A stretch of 64,000 nt of DNA, taken from Camelus ferus (taxonomy: Eukaryota). The stretch spans positions 11,286,001 through 11,350,000 of the forward strand of contig NC_045696.1 of NCBI RefSeq assembly GCF_009834535.1, written 5' to 3'. Within the stretch, counting starts at the first letter, position 1, and the number at the start of each line of letters is the position of its first letter. The position numbers were made by a program, and so were the translations under genes. Shown here piece by piece: positions 1 through 12,193 of this stretch. The notes under the pieces were generated by a model that saw only the letters and a list, made by a program, of their open reading frames with translations, was not told the DNA's origin and searched no databases.

Positions 1-59
1 CATCTACAGTAGTACTCCGCCACAATGTGCTAAGTGGTTCTCTAAGCATGTCGCAGGGT

Positions 60-451
60 AACGAAATCAGTGGAACGAGCCTTCACTGTGAGGTCAACGA
101 TCGGTTAACCAGCTAAGATTTTACTCTTTAAGAACGGTGTGAATTACGGAGCTAATGTGATTCTTTTTCTGAATGGAATCCAGATTTCAACTCGATTTAT
201 TCAATAGCGGAGTTCCTTCGCCACTAATTTCAATTGCCGACTAAATTATTTACTGGGTATGTATGTCGATCTGGTTTTGGACTCTGCTTTATGTCAGTTG
301 ATCTATTTGTCTGTTGCTGTGCCCATAGCACACTTGGAAAGTTATGATAACCTTATGGTATGTTTAGCCATTTCCTAGAGCAAATCCTTCCATGGTTGAG
401 CCTTTTCCAAAATTTCTTGGCTTCATGTGTAGATTTTTATCTTCCGTTGAT
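60..451 (-). mobile_element. Ancient L1 ORF2 fragment, heavily diverged or error-rich
   Basis: Matches antisense L1M text such as ggtgtgaattacggagctaat, gatttattcaatag, ggactct...ttgatctatttgtct; similarity decays toward base 1. Confidence 0.65.
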
Positions 452-1760
452 TTAAAAAAAATCAGCTTTATTGAGGTATAATTTACATATAATAACATTA
501 GTGGAAAATAGTGTACAATTTAATGAGTTTTGACAAATGAATACAGTCATGTGACCACCATGCCATGATGATACAGAACATTTCCATCACCCTAAAAAAT
601 CCCTTTGTTCCCTTTGGCAGTCAATCTTCTTCTCACCCCTGACCCCTGGCAGCCGTTCTTTTCTCTTTTGTCACACAGGTTTCTCTTTTCTAGAGTTTTA
701 TATGCAGGGAAGCAGACAATTCGTAGTCTTCAGTGTCTGACTTTTTTCACTTAGCGTGATGCTTTTTGAGATCATCCACGTTGTTCTGGGAATCAGGAGT
801 GTGTTCCTTTTTATTGCTGGTGGTGGTCCCCCTGCAGGGATATCCTGCAATTTGTTTGTCCAATCACCTGGTGATGGGCATTTGGGTTGTTTCCAATTTT
901 TTGACTACTATGAATAAAACTTCAAAAGAACATTTGCTTACAAATCTTTGAGTGGACACATGCTGACATTTCTTGTGGGTAAATACTTAAGAGTGGGATG
1001 GCTGGGTCATTCATATGGTAAGTTTATATTTACTTTTATAAGAAAAGTTTAGGTGTTCTGGTTTCTCTGCACCTTCATCAACACTTGCTATTGTCAGCTT
1101 TTCAGTTTAGCTATTTGGAAGAGCCCGCGGCAACTTCGCCATTTAGATGCAGTGGTACCTCATGGGCAATTTAATTTGCATTTGCCTAGGGACTAATGGT
1201 GAACACCTGTTCATATGCTTGTTTGTCACCTATTTACTTTTTAGTGAAGTGTGTCTGTTTAAGCTTTTTGATTTTTTTTAAATAAGGTTGTTTGTTTTCT
1301 TACTGCTGAGTTTTGGGAGTTCTTGATACATTCTAGATACAAGTCCGTTTTGTCAGATATGTGATTTTCGAATAGGTAGCTTATCTTTTTATTCTCTTCA
1401 CAGTGTTTTCACAGAGAAAAGGTTTTTAATTGTGATGAAGTCCAATTAAACAATCTTATCTTCCTTAATGTCCCATCTGTCCTTTGCCTCTCCCAGAGCA
1501 TAAAGATTTTCTGTTTTCTTCTGAAAAGATTAAGCATTTATGTTTTTTACTTAGGTTTATGATCTATTTGAGTATTTTGTGTAGAAGGTGTGGAGTTTAT
1601 GCTGTATTTCTTTTCTTTTCCCCTATGGATGTCCCATTGCTTCAGCACCATTTGTTGAAAAGGTCATCCTTCTTCCATTGGATCATTTCTACACCTTTGA
1701 GAAGCATCCATTGGTCATATTTGTGTGGGTCTGTTTCTAGGTTTGCTGTTTTGTTCCACC
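452..1760 (-). mobile_element. L1 (L1MB/MC-like) 3'UTR plus ORF2 end
   Basis: Starts with the antisense 3' end cagctttattgaggtataatttacata; contains tttgggttgtttcca, gtgatgaagtccaatt, cagcaccatttgttgaaaag. Confidence 0.9.
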
Positions 1761-2544
1761 AAAACCCTACTGTCCTGGGGAGATGGAAGAACAAACGAGA
1801 GAGCTCACTCATTTGTTAGGACCCAGCTCACACCTTTATTGGAAGAATTCTTTTAAAGTATTTCCAGGTAGAACTCTTTCCTCACCTTGAATCTTTGCTG
1901 TCCATCCCACCTATCACTTGAGGGCAGGGATGGTGACATTCCTTTCTGTAAGCCCAGCACAGGGCCTGTCACAGAGTGGGTGATCAATAATACTTGCTGA
2001 ATAAAATGAGTAATCATGGACCAGCTGAATATGGTCTCTTTTCAAGAAGACAAGAAGTTATAGTTTGAGGCAGGCTTTTTGCTCACTGAATAACTTTCAC
2101 AAATGAAGAGCAGATGGAGACAGTTTCCTGTGCTGCAGTGGTGAGAAACAATTTTTTTTTAAGCAGAGTTCTAATTCAGGTGAAGAAATATGTTTATGTC
2201 CTATGACACTTTCTCCCCAATCAAAATGAAATGGCTGAATCCTCTGTAACCTGGAAAAGGAGCATAAAGTCTACCAGATGTACCAATGGAAGTCCAGGCG
2301 GAAGCCAGAGAGGTGCAAAATGTGGACTGAGAATGGAAGTCATTGACCTTAGGCATCGAACTAGAAGGTTGGGTGTGGTGTCTGCTGCCTTTCAGCTCTG
2401 TATCAGGTGTGGTTGACGTTCAAACCTTACCTGGGTCTGCAGACAGCAGAGCAGACTGGACCAGTGCAGATCTTCTTCCAAGGCTTTGGTTCAGAGTTTT
2501 GGCCAAGAAACTGTTAGCAATCATGGAGGAGAATAGGGAGAGCG

Positions 2545-2630
2545 TCTGTCTGTTCAGGGCTGCATTTCTCAGTGTCTGGGTGAGTGCCTGGCACATAATA
2601 GATGCTTACTAAACTTTTGTGTAATGAATG
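2545..2630 (+). mobile_element. L2 3' end
   Basis: gtgcctggcacataatagatgcttactaaac...tgaatg is a typical L2 terminus. Confidence 0.75.
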
Positions 2631-2744
2631 GTGTGTTCTATTTATATCACATTCCTGCATGATGATAATCATAATGATAGTTGTACATTATATCCAGACA
2701 ATCCCTAACTGTTTATAAAGTGCTCTCTCTTGAAGTTGGCAGAA

Positions 2745-2861
2745 TTTAGTTATTCAGGAAACAATTACTATATATGTCGTCTGGATACCAGGCACATGCT
2801 AAGTACTATGGATACAATGGTATACAAAATACAGTCTCTACTCTCAAAGAGCTCACATTCT
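2745..2861 (-). mobile_element. L2 3' end
   Basis: ccaggcacatgctaagtactatggatacaatggt...ctctcaaagagctcacattct. Confidence 0.75.
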
Positions 2862-2982
2862 GTAATAAACCATAATGGAAAAGAATATGAAAAATAATAT
2901 GTATAACTGAGTTACTTTGCCATACACCAGAAACTAATACAACATTGTGCATCAACTATATATACTTCAATAAATTTTTTTT
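2862..2982 (+). mobile_element. Artiodactyl-type L1 3' terminal fragment
   Basis: ataatggaaaagaatatgaaaa...ataactgagttactttgc...ccagaaactaatacaacattgt...aactatatacttcaataaa. Confidence 0.85.
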
Positions 2983-4419
2983 AATGAAATGGTTATATTA
3001 AATCCTGCGGAAAAAGTTTGTTTTTATACCTAAGATTATCCATTCTGTTCAATAAAAGAATGAGAATGAAGAAGCTGGCACTGCTTGTCAACTTCTAAAA
3101 CCATATTCAGGTAGATTTGAGAAGTGGCAGCCTGTGGAAGCTTTTATCATCCTTCCTCTTGAAGCGGCTCCTGGTGGGAAACCAGTCAGTCTCAGGCTAT
3201 TCCTTGCTGCTGTGAAGAGTTATTTTTAGTAAGGAATCAATTGTTAAGAGATCAACAGAGCAAAGTTGCTTTGAGCCTTCAGTGAGACATGGGCATAATA
3301 AGGCAGTCATTCAAAATGGTGCTCTTGATAATAAAAATTTTCCCTGTGATGTCTCTGAGCTCTTCAGGGTTGACATGTGTCCTCTTAGGTATCTCAGGGG
3401 TGGAAGGGATGTCAGAGACCCAGCCTGAGAACCCCTAGTCCTTCTCTGATGCTCAGTTTCTCACATCCTTGCTTCAGACTGTCAGGTCTTAGCAGACAAG
3501 TGACAAGACTGGGGAAGTTAGCTGTGAGTCTCTCTAGATATTCAAAGTCTCTCTGTCTTTTCCTTCTCAAAAAGGGAAACACTCAGGATGTAATGTATCA
3601 TCTTAGCACCCCATCTTCACTGATGGAGACGTGTTAGTGAGTGACCATTTTCAAGCTGCCACTTTGGCGTCACATCTATGAAAGTTGGCCACTTACCTTC
3701 TTGAATGTTTCTGATTGTTGATTAGACATTTTGCTTATTCAGATAAAGCAGTTCTCCACTGGAAGTTTGCTTGGATTTTAATTGTGTTTTCTTTGGTTGG
3801 TGAAGAATCTGAAGCTCTACTTTCATAATAAGCTCACCAAACGACTTTACTTGAATCTAACAGTGAACAGTCAGAGCTGTGAAATTGTGTACGAGAGTTA
3901 TGAACGGGTAAGTATGCTCTCTAGTGACTCTGAAAAACTATAAATATAAAATCACTATGGCCTTTCTAAAAACACTGAAAACCAAATACAACCTTGACAT
4001 TCAAATGTGACTTTGGGGGTAAGACCACATTTCAGCAACTCAAGAGGCCTCATTTTGAGCTCCTTTCTTTAAAGAGAAATATCTAAATATTTAACCAGCA
4101 TCTGTCAAGTCTTCCAGAAGTGAGCCATGAACAAGCCTTCCTGTGTTATGGGGATTGTAGTGGCTGCTAAGAACATAACTCACAAATAAATGAATCTAAG
4201 GAGGGAGTGGGTAAATGGACTGCTGTAATAGTTCACTGAGGAGTGAGCTCTGGGCAAATTTTCTTGAGTGAGTAATTAAAAAAGAAAACAAAAGACAAAT
4301 CAACCAATGCTCAAAAATAGCAATAAAATTGACTTAAACGTTTTGGACACGGATGCTTGTGGCAGTTCGTGTGTGTACAAAGATGCATATGTAGAGATAT
4401 GATCAGAGGGCCAACTTTT

Positions 4420-4575
4420 ATTGTGTACTGAGTCTTATTTAATTCTGACAACAATGTCATGGGCCACTATTCTGCCCATCTTACAGATGGAGAAACTGAG
4501 GCTGGCTATATCCCTTGATTTGGCCCAGGGTCACATAACTGGTCAATTCAGGAAACAGACCAGACCCTCCCAGCA
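4420..4575 (-). mobile_element. MIR SINE
   Basis: MIR core cccatcttacagatggagaaactgaggct...gcccagggtcacataact. Confidence 0.8.
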
Positions 4576-4713
4576 CGACAACACTGATGTTTGTGAATGT
4601 TCCCCTGTGTATATGGGCCAGTGAGTTTCACATGATTTCCAACAACTAAGACCCAACTCTAACATCGAAGATTCTTCTTTCTTTTGTTAGAGCTTCTTTT
4701 GTTTCCATAGTAC

Positions 4714-5233
4714 TGCTATAGGGAAGAACAAGTCTGACTCCGTGTTAGACCTGTTCCTTTAGCTCTAACCCTGTGCTCTGTCTCCTGTGCTTAGTCATGC
4801 TGGTTCTGCACTTTTTGTAAAAGAATGTTGCCTATAGCCTGAAATATACAGGCTAGTTTATTCTCAAGGCTGTGACCTTTAAGGGACTAATACTTTCTCA
4901 TTCATATAAAGACAAAAAGTTGCAGAATGAAAAATAACATTTGTCTTATTGGAGAGTTACAGGAACGTCCTGACCTGACCTAGGTGGACGGCTGCAAGAG
5001 CAAGTGATCCTGACCCCAAGACGTGTGCAACAGCCAGCCACAGCCCTGCCCCTTTTTAGTATAAAAGGAGCCTGAATTCTGACTTGGGGAAGATGGTTCT
5101 CTAGGACATTAGTCCCCCATCTTCTCAGTCTGCTAGCTTTTCAAATAAAGTCGTGATTCCTTGCTCCAGCACTGCATCTCCCTATTTATTAACCTCTCAC
5201 GCAGAGAGCAGAACAAATGTGGACTTGGTGGCA
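4714..5233 (+). mobile_element. ERV1-type solo LTR (520 bp)
   Basis: TG...CA termini, 4-bp TSD GTAC (4710-4713, 5234-5237), TATAAAA at 5060-5066, AATAAA at 5144-5149. Confidence 0.9.
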
Positions 5234-6402
5234 GTACCAAGAAGATCCAGAAGTCTGTGGTTCAGGAAGTGTGATCAGGAATAACCAGGGAGCTCCTTGC
5301 AGTCAAATTGCACTGTCCTTTTCTTTTAAACCACTAAAAATGTCCTCTTTAGGAAATGCTCTGGGTAGGTTATTAATGTGCCAATCCCACAGGACTTTTC
5401 TTCCATGGAGGGCTAGATAGAGTAAGGTTCCTTTATTTAAGAAACAGTGAACACCAAACCTGAGGGCCAAACACAGCTGAGCCCTCCTCCCACTCTGTGG
5501 CCAGAATACCATCAGATTCTCCCAGGGCTCACACGTACCCGGCCCCTTCACCAGGGACACTTCCACGGTCAGAGTCTTGTCATAACAAAGAGGGCAGCCC
5601 AGGAAAGGGTGATGATGGGGGTTCTTTTCCTTCTTCAGCTTTCTTCTCACCATTTCTGGGTGAAAATGATTGGACTTGTATTTTCTGTCAAAACTTATCA
5701 CTATCAGCTAGGCTCCAAAGATTTTTTTTCAAAGATGGGTTGGAAGATTGTTTCTGGGGACTGAAAATTGCATAGATGGCTTCAACTTTAAGTTCAGGTG
5801 AAATAACTTTCCCCCATGCCTGTCCTCCCCACCAGAAAACGATTTCCCAATAATTATAATGCTTGATATTTGTGCTGGGAATTAACGTCTCCTGGTCATC
5901 CTGAAAGCAAGAGTAGAGAAGAGATAACTTGGCGTTGAAAAAAAAAGCTTGACTTCTTTTAAAAAACCCCTCCCCTGTCCCTACTAAAAGGGTTACATTT
6001 GTGTGTTCAGAAGAAAGTAAAAATTACTTATAGCTATTGCACAGCTATAAACACCACTAATATTTTGCTGAGATTTCCTTCCAGTGCACATATATGATTT
6101 TTTTAAACAACTGAAATTAAAAAGTCAATTTTATGTCAACAGAGGAATCTGCATCTCTCATAAAGAGCTAAGAAATGTTCCCCCAACCCACCCTCCTCTA
6201 CCCCCAGGAAACTAATCCTCACAGTGTGAGGTTGGAAAGATTATTTAGACATTTTGGGAAAAAGCAAACTGTACCTTGACCTTGAGGACTTCTGATATCC
6301 TTCAGCCTCTATCCACAGCCTCCAAACTCCCCCCTCCCTCTTCTTGATGGCAACAACAGGCAGAGGCAAGAATACTTTTGACTTAATAGAAGTCACTGGA
6401 GG

Positions 6403-6942
6403 TGGTGCACTCATTAAAATGCAGGTTTGCCTCTTGGTGGATGTTGAGCCAAGACACAACCAAGCCAAAGATGGGGAGAAGGAAGGATGTATTACTTGCA
6501 GCAAGTAAGGAGAACACTGGGGATCTTTCCCAAAGCAGTGTCTCCCCGAACAGCAAAATTGGGGAAGTTTTATTCTAAAGGTACAAGCATATTCATGATT
6601 GAAGTCATGAGGCTCAGAAAAGGTCCACATCATCATCCCTTAGGTTCCAGTTGATCTGGTGGTTGAGCCCTTCAGGCTAATCTTTATCACTGACACAGAA
6701 CTGGGAGTCTTTACAACTAACATACTATCTTTGCTATTGTTACTTCTCTTGCCCGATAACGTCATTTGTTTCTGCATTCTTTTGTTCCCTTAAGATCATT
6801 AATTACTGAGATCTGTCCAAGGACAAACACTGTGGCCAGACTTAGATCACAAAATGGCTTAGGCCAGAAATGGCTTCTCTTCTGTCAAGAAAATCATACT
6901 TGGTTCTCTTTCTCTGGGGTCCCCCTACCCTTCCTGGTTACA
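6403..6942 (-). mobile_element. ERV1-type solo LTR (540 bp)
   Basis: On the minus strand starts TGTAACCAGG and ends GCACCA; 4-bp TSD GAGG (6399-6402, 6943-6946). Confidence 0.85.
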
Positions 6943-7083
6943 GAGGAGCTTGGAACCTGAGGATCTCTGAGGAAGTGGGGGGTGACATGGGCCAGGAAAA
7001 CAAGGGTGTAGTAGTGAGGATGATGTTGGGGTTGACTGAGGAAGGGGCACGGGGATAACTGAGAGGGAGTGGCGATTATGAAG

Positions 7084-7523
7084 TGTTGCAGAGAAAATCG
7101 CAGGCCAGAAGTGTGAAAGCCTCCACTGCCAAACCTAGATTTAACCCCTGAGCTAACTGCAGTTTTGACCTTCCCCAGGAATGTAATCCTCACAGGCCAG
7201 TCTGGAATTTTCTGGTCAGTACCAATGAGGTAATCTGCCATGAGGGCCTTCCCCATCCCCCAAAGGAAGCAGAGGTAGTCTGCCTGATAGACCCTGGCCC
7301 CATCTACCCCCCAAAGAAGGTGACCTGGCCTGAAAATGATCCTTTTTTTTTTTCCTTTTGCTGACAGAAGTCCTTGCCCCACCTTCCTTCTGCCTATAAA
7401 AACCTATTTTTGTACAACCCCTGGGAGTATTCTATTTACTGGTTGAGATTTTGCCCAATTCATGAACCATTGAATAAAGCCAGTTGGATCTTCCAATTTA
7501 CTTGGTTGAATTTCATTTTTTAA
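7084..7523 (+). mobile_element. ERV1-type solo LTR
   Basis: Starts TGTTGCAG; U3 has an imperfect direct repeat (gaggtaatctgcc / gaggtagtctgcc); cctataaaaa near 7394 and gaataaagcc near 7472. The 3' CA and TSD are not clean. Confidence 0.8.
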
Positions 7524-7640
7524 AGGGGAAAAGCCAGCATGGCAGAGACCAGGGTTTCATCTGTCTGAGAAACCTCCAGCTTGCTCATAGCAAGACAGAC
7601 TCATAGGACAAGCTACAATTAAAGTAGGTGGAGAAGGGGA

Positions 7641-7765
7641 GGGAGGGTATAGCTCAGTGGTAGAGCGTGTACTTAGCATGCACCAGGTCCTGGGTTCAAT
7701 CCTCAGCACCTCCATTTAAATAAATAAACAAACAAACAAACCTAATTGTCCACCGCCCCCCGAAA
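7641..7765 (+). mobile_element. vic-1-like tRNA-Ala-derived SINE (camelid)
   Basis: GGGAGGGTATAGCTCAGTGGTAGAGC (A box), TTAGCAT anticodon loop, GGTTCAATCC (B box), TAAA/CAAA spacer, AACCTAATT...C-rich tail. Confidence 0.9.
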
Positions 7766-7972
7766 AGAGTAAGCAGAAGTAACATAAATTACTTCTAGAC
7801 TGAAGTACAAAAGAGTGATATACGAGCCTCCAGCTGCCTCTTCCCCTGCTGCAGGGACCGAGGAGTCCTTACATTATAAATGGTGTGTGGACTTTCGGTA
7901 GGAGAGTGTATTAGGTCACTGAGATTTGGGGGTATTTGTTACTACAGCAGAACCTATCCCTTCTTGACTAAT
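7766..7972 (+). mobile_element. MaLR (MLT1-type) LTR fragment
   Basis: 3' end cactgagatttgggggtatttgttactacagcagaacctatcc...tgactaat. Confidence 0.7.
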
Positions 7973-8154
7973 TTAGCCTGCACATTCCCACGATGGAGGC
8001 TGAAAGTGACAGAGCTTTGTGACTTTTGTTTTGCGCATGGCTAGGTGTGGGCAAGGCGCCCACTGGCGCAGGTGAGCTCCTACACTGGAGCTTCAGAAAA
8101 TGGCTTTTCTAGCTCAGGAAAAGTGATGAGTGAGGAGACACTGCTTTTTTCCCT

Positions 8155-8435
8155 TTAAATTTTTTTTAAATTAAGATATAATTGACATATAGCATTAGTT
8201 TCATGTATATAAGGTAATGATTTGATATAAGTATATAGTGCGAAATGATCACCACAGTAAGTCAGGTTAACACCCATCACCTCACATAGTCACACTTTTT
8301 TCTTGTGACAAGAACTTTTAAGATCTACTCTCAGCAACTTTCAGATATACAATACAGTATTATTAACTATGGTCACCATGTTGTACATTACTTCCCTATG
8401 ACTTAGTTATTTCAAAACTGGAGGTTTGTGCCTTT
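8155..8435 (-). mobile_element. L1MA9-like 3' end
   Basis: gatataattgacatata...aagatctactctcagcaactttcag...tattattaactatggtcaccatg. Confidence 0.85.
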
Positions 8436-8454
8436 CTCTTTTTCTTTTGGAAAA

Positions 8455-8712
8455 TACTGTCATATGTGGATACGGTATTTGGAGCTATGGTAGCCTCTTT
8501 GTGACCATGAGGGGAGGCATCACTAACATTCTAAGGATGGAAGAGTAGAAATATGAACAGCATCTGGGTCCTTAACACCACAGAGCCAATGAACCACCCT
8601 AGGGCCTCCCTGCCTCTTTGCTTTTGATTGAATCAGTTAAGAACTTTCTTATCATTTTAACCAGTTTTCGTTGGTCCTTCCCCTACTTGCAGTCAAAGTA
8701 TCCTAGCTGTGT
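8455..8712 (+). mobile_element. MaLR (MLT1-type) LTR fragment
   Basis: ggagctatggtagcctctttgtgaccatgagggg...acttgcagtcaaagtatcctagctg. Confidence 0.65.
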
Positions 8713-9078
8713 CTTTAATGTTAAGTAGTAAGTTAATATTAAAATCATTAACATTATCATTTTTCTAATTATTAGTAATATAGTTTTCCAGTTTTGCTAT
8801 TTGTGAAATGCTACACTTAGAAAACACATTTAAGGACAGGGCTAATTCCCCAAAGGTTCTTGCTTAATGAAAAGATTCATTAGGTAGCATTTCAAATAGC
8901 AGTAACCTGTGTGCACTTCAGTGACAAATTATAAAGTGAAAGCATTCGGAGCCATCTGTAAATTGATTATAAACCCAAGTGAAGTTTTATGATAATAAAA
9001 TTATTAGGGCTTAGCCTATTGTAAGTGTTCAGTAGAAGGCAGTCTTTGGTACTATTATGCTTACAGCAATGAGTTGTA

Positions 9079-9200
9079 TTTTGGGGGGTGAAAATTAAAT
9101 TGATTGCTTGATTTAATTTTAATGGAGGCACTGGGGATTGAACCCAGGACCTTGTGCATGCTAAGCGTGCTCTCAATCCACTGAGCTATACCCTCCCCCC
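9079..9200 (-). mobile_element. vic-1-like tRNA-Ala-derived SINE
   Basis: Reverse complement of the same head: ggggattgaacccaggaccttgtgcatgctaag...ccactgagctataccctcccccc. Confidence 0.9.
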
Positions 9201-9267
9201 TTGAGCTATACTTTTTTGAACAAAGATCCCATTAGGCAGCAGAATAGGAATGCTGAAACTGTAAAGC

Positions 9268-9270
<3 letters not shown>

Positions 9271-9303
<33 letters not shown>
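9271..9303. repeat. (AC)16 microsatellite
   Basis: Direct reading. Confidence 0.95.
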
Positions 9304-9306
<3 letters not shown>

Positions 9307-9625
9307 CAACCCGACAACCTCAGTGGCTTGCAGCAATATCAAGGTTTCTTTCTCACTGATGCTACAGGCTCATTTCAGGTCAGCTGGGGCTCTACTCACA
9401 TCATCTGCAGCTCAGAGGCTGATGGAGCAGCCTCTTGTCTGGAACATCACTGGTCTCGTGCAGGGGGAGAAGAGAAGCCGTGAACCATATGCTGACCTTT
9501 AAGTGACCCGAAAGCAACACACATAACTTCTGCCCACATTTCATTGGCCAAAGCAAATTGATAGTGGGGGGAGGGACAGCACAGGAGGAAGACAGAATTT
9601 GGTGAACAGTAATACAATCTACCAG
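9304..9625 (-). mobile_element. MaLR (MLT1-type) LTR
   Basis: ctcagtggcttgcagcaat...acttctgcccacatttcattggccaaagcaa...tggtgaacagtaatacaatctacca. Confidence 0.75.
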
Positions 9626-9739
9626 AGGCACTGAATGGGGGTGTTTGAGACTTTAAAGTCAGCCCAGCATCCCTAAGAAGGACAATATCCTTCTTCTTGG
9701 ACCGTTACCTGCATTCCTGGCATCTTACCTCTCCACTAG

Positions 9740-10190
9740 CTGTCCCCCAATATCTATTCTCTTTTCTCTCACAGAAATAGAGTGCTCAATTTTTAGCTGG
9801 ACTCATGGCTCTCAGACTAAGTCCTGCCTTTCCCAGTCTCCTCTGCTGTTAGATGTGGCTGTGCATCTAACTCTTGGTCAATGGAAAGTGAACCAAAGTG
9901 ACACTGGTCCAGATCATCCTCTTCAAAGGAAGGGCAGTCCCCCCTCCTCTGCCTTTCCCCACTACCAGGTAGCTGGAATTTAGAACTGGGGTGGTCCATC
10001 AGTGGACAAGAGTGGCACTCTAGGAATGACAGATCAAGGTACTAGGAATTTGTACCCCCTCGAGATCTATGCCATTGAGCCACATACCAGCCTGGGCTTT
10101 TCCACAGGAGAGAAATCGATTTTGATTTATTTTTTGCCACTGTTACTTGAGTTTTTGTTCAGCAAACTTACCCATTTCCTACTCAATACA
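9740..10190 (+). mobile_element. MaLR (MLT1-type) LTR
   Basis: tttcccagtctcctctgctgttagatgtggc...ggtcaatggaaagtgaac...gccactgttacttgagtttttgtt. Confidence 0.7.
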
Positions 10191-10193
10191 CTC

Positions 10194-10253
<60 letters not shown>

Positions 10254-10280
10254 TATTATTATTTTATTTATTTATTTATT
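10194..10280. repeat. (TAT)n microsatellite of about 23 units followed by (TTTA)n
   Basis: Direct reading; one TAC interruption near 10248. Confidence 0.95.
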
Positions 10281-10844
10281 TTTTGGTAAAACTCAGCTGG
10301 CATTAAACAATAGCATGGAAAAAAGCAAGATTATATTTAGCAGAAAAAGAAAAAAGATGCCCAACTGGAGATAATCCCCTGATGTTACTTGGAGGGGTGC
10401 TCCTAAAGCAGTGCACCTGCTCCAAAAAGAGGGAGAAATGCCTACAGCTATTAGACATGACAGCTTCTTGGAGTAAAGATGGATTTCCTTAGCCTCACCT
10501 TTCCTCACTTTGTCTTGCAGAAATTCTTACTGTAGAAACACTTGTCCTAAATGGTGGACTGAAGAAGAAGAAATATGGACAGACAGGTCTCCAATTTGTA
10601 CCTGAACCCTGTATCTCAACAAAGGAGTCATAAGGCTGTTCACCTGCCTTTACCTCTGTAGAGGCCAATAGTCCAATTGACAGGTCACCTAGGCTTCTAG
10701 CTTCTTGGTTGATGTTTCCTTTTGTGCTGGCATAATTTCTCCTATGTGTTAGTGTTATTCCCAGGAGAGATTTCAAATAATTTTCATCTCATGTATCAAC
10801 TCATATATCGGTCATGACTGCATGGCCACCATGTTGAGGAGGAT

Positions 10845-11260
10845 TCTGCATCGCACGTCTGAGGTCGGATTCCCTAAAGCAGAACTTGAGGCAGGGGTTC
10901 TGATGCTCTGGGTCTGTTGAGGGAGGACTCCTTGGAGGAGGGAGTGAAGGAAGTCATACAGGGCAAGGGGAGGAGCTACAGAAGAATGTGGTCTCAGTGC
11001 AGCCTAGCTTCAGCCTCGTCCCACTGGGACCCTGCAGCATGAACCACATCTCAGAGTTGGTCCCACTTTGAGGCAAGAGCCCCATTCTTTTATACCCCTA
11101 ATTAGTAACTTATTGGTTATAAGCTGTTTTCACTGAGAGCAGTTCTCTGGAGATGATGGCAGCTGTGAACCTCCAGCAGCTGACATTCATAGCTGGGAGA
11201 TGGATAGGTGTACTTACTGATAAAGGGGATCTGGGTGGGACACGAACAGCATCTATTACT
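10845..11260 (-). mobile_element. ERVL-type LTR (LTR33/LTR16-like)
   Basis: ggtcggattccctaaagcagaacttgaggcagggg...cagttctctggag...ggggatctgggtggg...acagcatct. Confidence 0.7.
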
Positions 11261-11764
11261 CTGCAATCATGCTCAGGAAACAAGTGTTGTGATCAATTAG
11301 CAATGTCTTCCATGGGCCTGGGCCTCGTCTCCGTAGGGATTCCTGCTGTGAGAAGATGAAGGGCTGAAATAGGGTCTGTTCTATGTCAACCTCTCTACTA
11401 AGGAGTTTGGTTAGGAAAGGTGTGAAAATTATAGAAAGAGATTTGTGTTATGGCTCAACCATTGTCTTGTAAATTGAAAGCTGGCATAACCTATTTCCCG
11501 AGGACTCAGAAGCAGAACGTGATGCTAAGATCCTTTAGCTGCAAGCAACAGAATTCACCCCTGGGTAACGTCAGTATGTTGGGACTATGGGAAGGAAATC
11601 GGGAAAGCTTATAGAATCAAAGATGGATCACAAGGCTGAACAGGAGTTAGGGCCACTCCAGGATCCCAGCAGCAGAACCATGTAGACCACTTCCTAGGGT
11701 GAGTCCATAGCAGTCAGCTCCAACCATCTTCAGTCTCTATATTTCTATTTCTCTCACTCTTTTT

Positions 11765-12125
11765 CAATCAGCTTGTAATTTTAGAGTAATTTCAGATTTA
11801 CTGAAAAGTGGTGAAAATATTAGAAAGAATTCCCACACCCAGTTTCCCTAGGGTTAACACTGCTATGGTGCATTTATTAAAACTAGTCACTGATACTGAT
11901 ACCCTACTGCTAAACCAAATTCCATCACTTATTCAGATTCCCTTAGCTTTTACCCAATGTCCCTTTCTGTCCCAGAATGCCATCCGGGGAGCCATATTGC
12001 ATTTAGTAGTCATGACTACTTAGGCTCCTCAGGCTCCTCTAAACAGTGCGTTCTAGACTTCCGTGTTTTTGACCTTGACAGTTTTGAAGAGTGCTGGTCA
12101 GGTATTTTGCAGATATCCTACACTT
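11765..12125 (-). mobile_element. Old L1 (L1MC/MD-like) 3' end
   Basis: taatttcagatttactgaaaagt...gtccctttctgtcccag...ttgcatttagt...gaagagtgctggtcaggtattttgcaga. Confidence 0.8.
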
Positions 12126-12193
12126 TGTATCTCTTTAATTTTGGCCCAGTTTGAGTCCAACATCTCCTTCCTTGCATCAAATTGCCATCATCA

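Noticed and set aside
7641..7715. Apparent tRNA-Ala(AGC) genes (also at 9125, 56500, 59931)
   Set aside because: Stems are mismatched and each is followed by a SINE spacer and tail (one with a TSD); these are SINE heads, not tRNA genes.
8056..8069. CTCF-like motifs (also near 6427 and 55230)
   Set aside because: Each has two or more mismatches to the core consensus; not supportable without PWM scoring or ChIP data.
10002..10374. ORFs with poly-Tyr and poly-Ile runs
   Set aside because: They are translations of the (TAT)n microsatellite overlapping a MaLR LTR.
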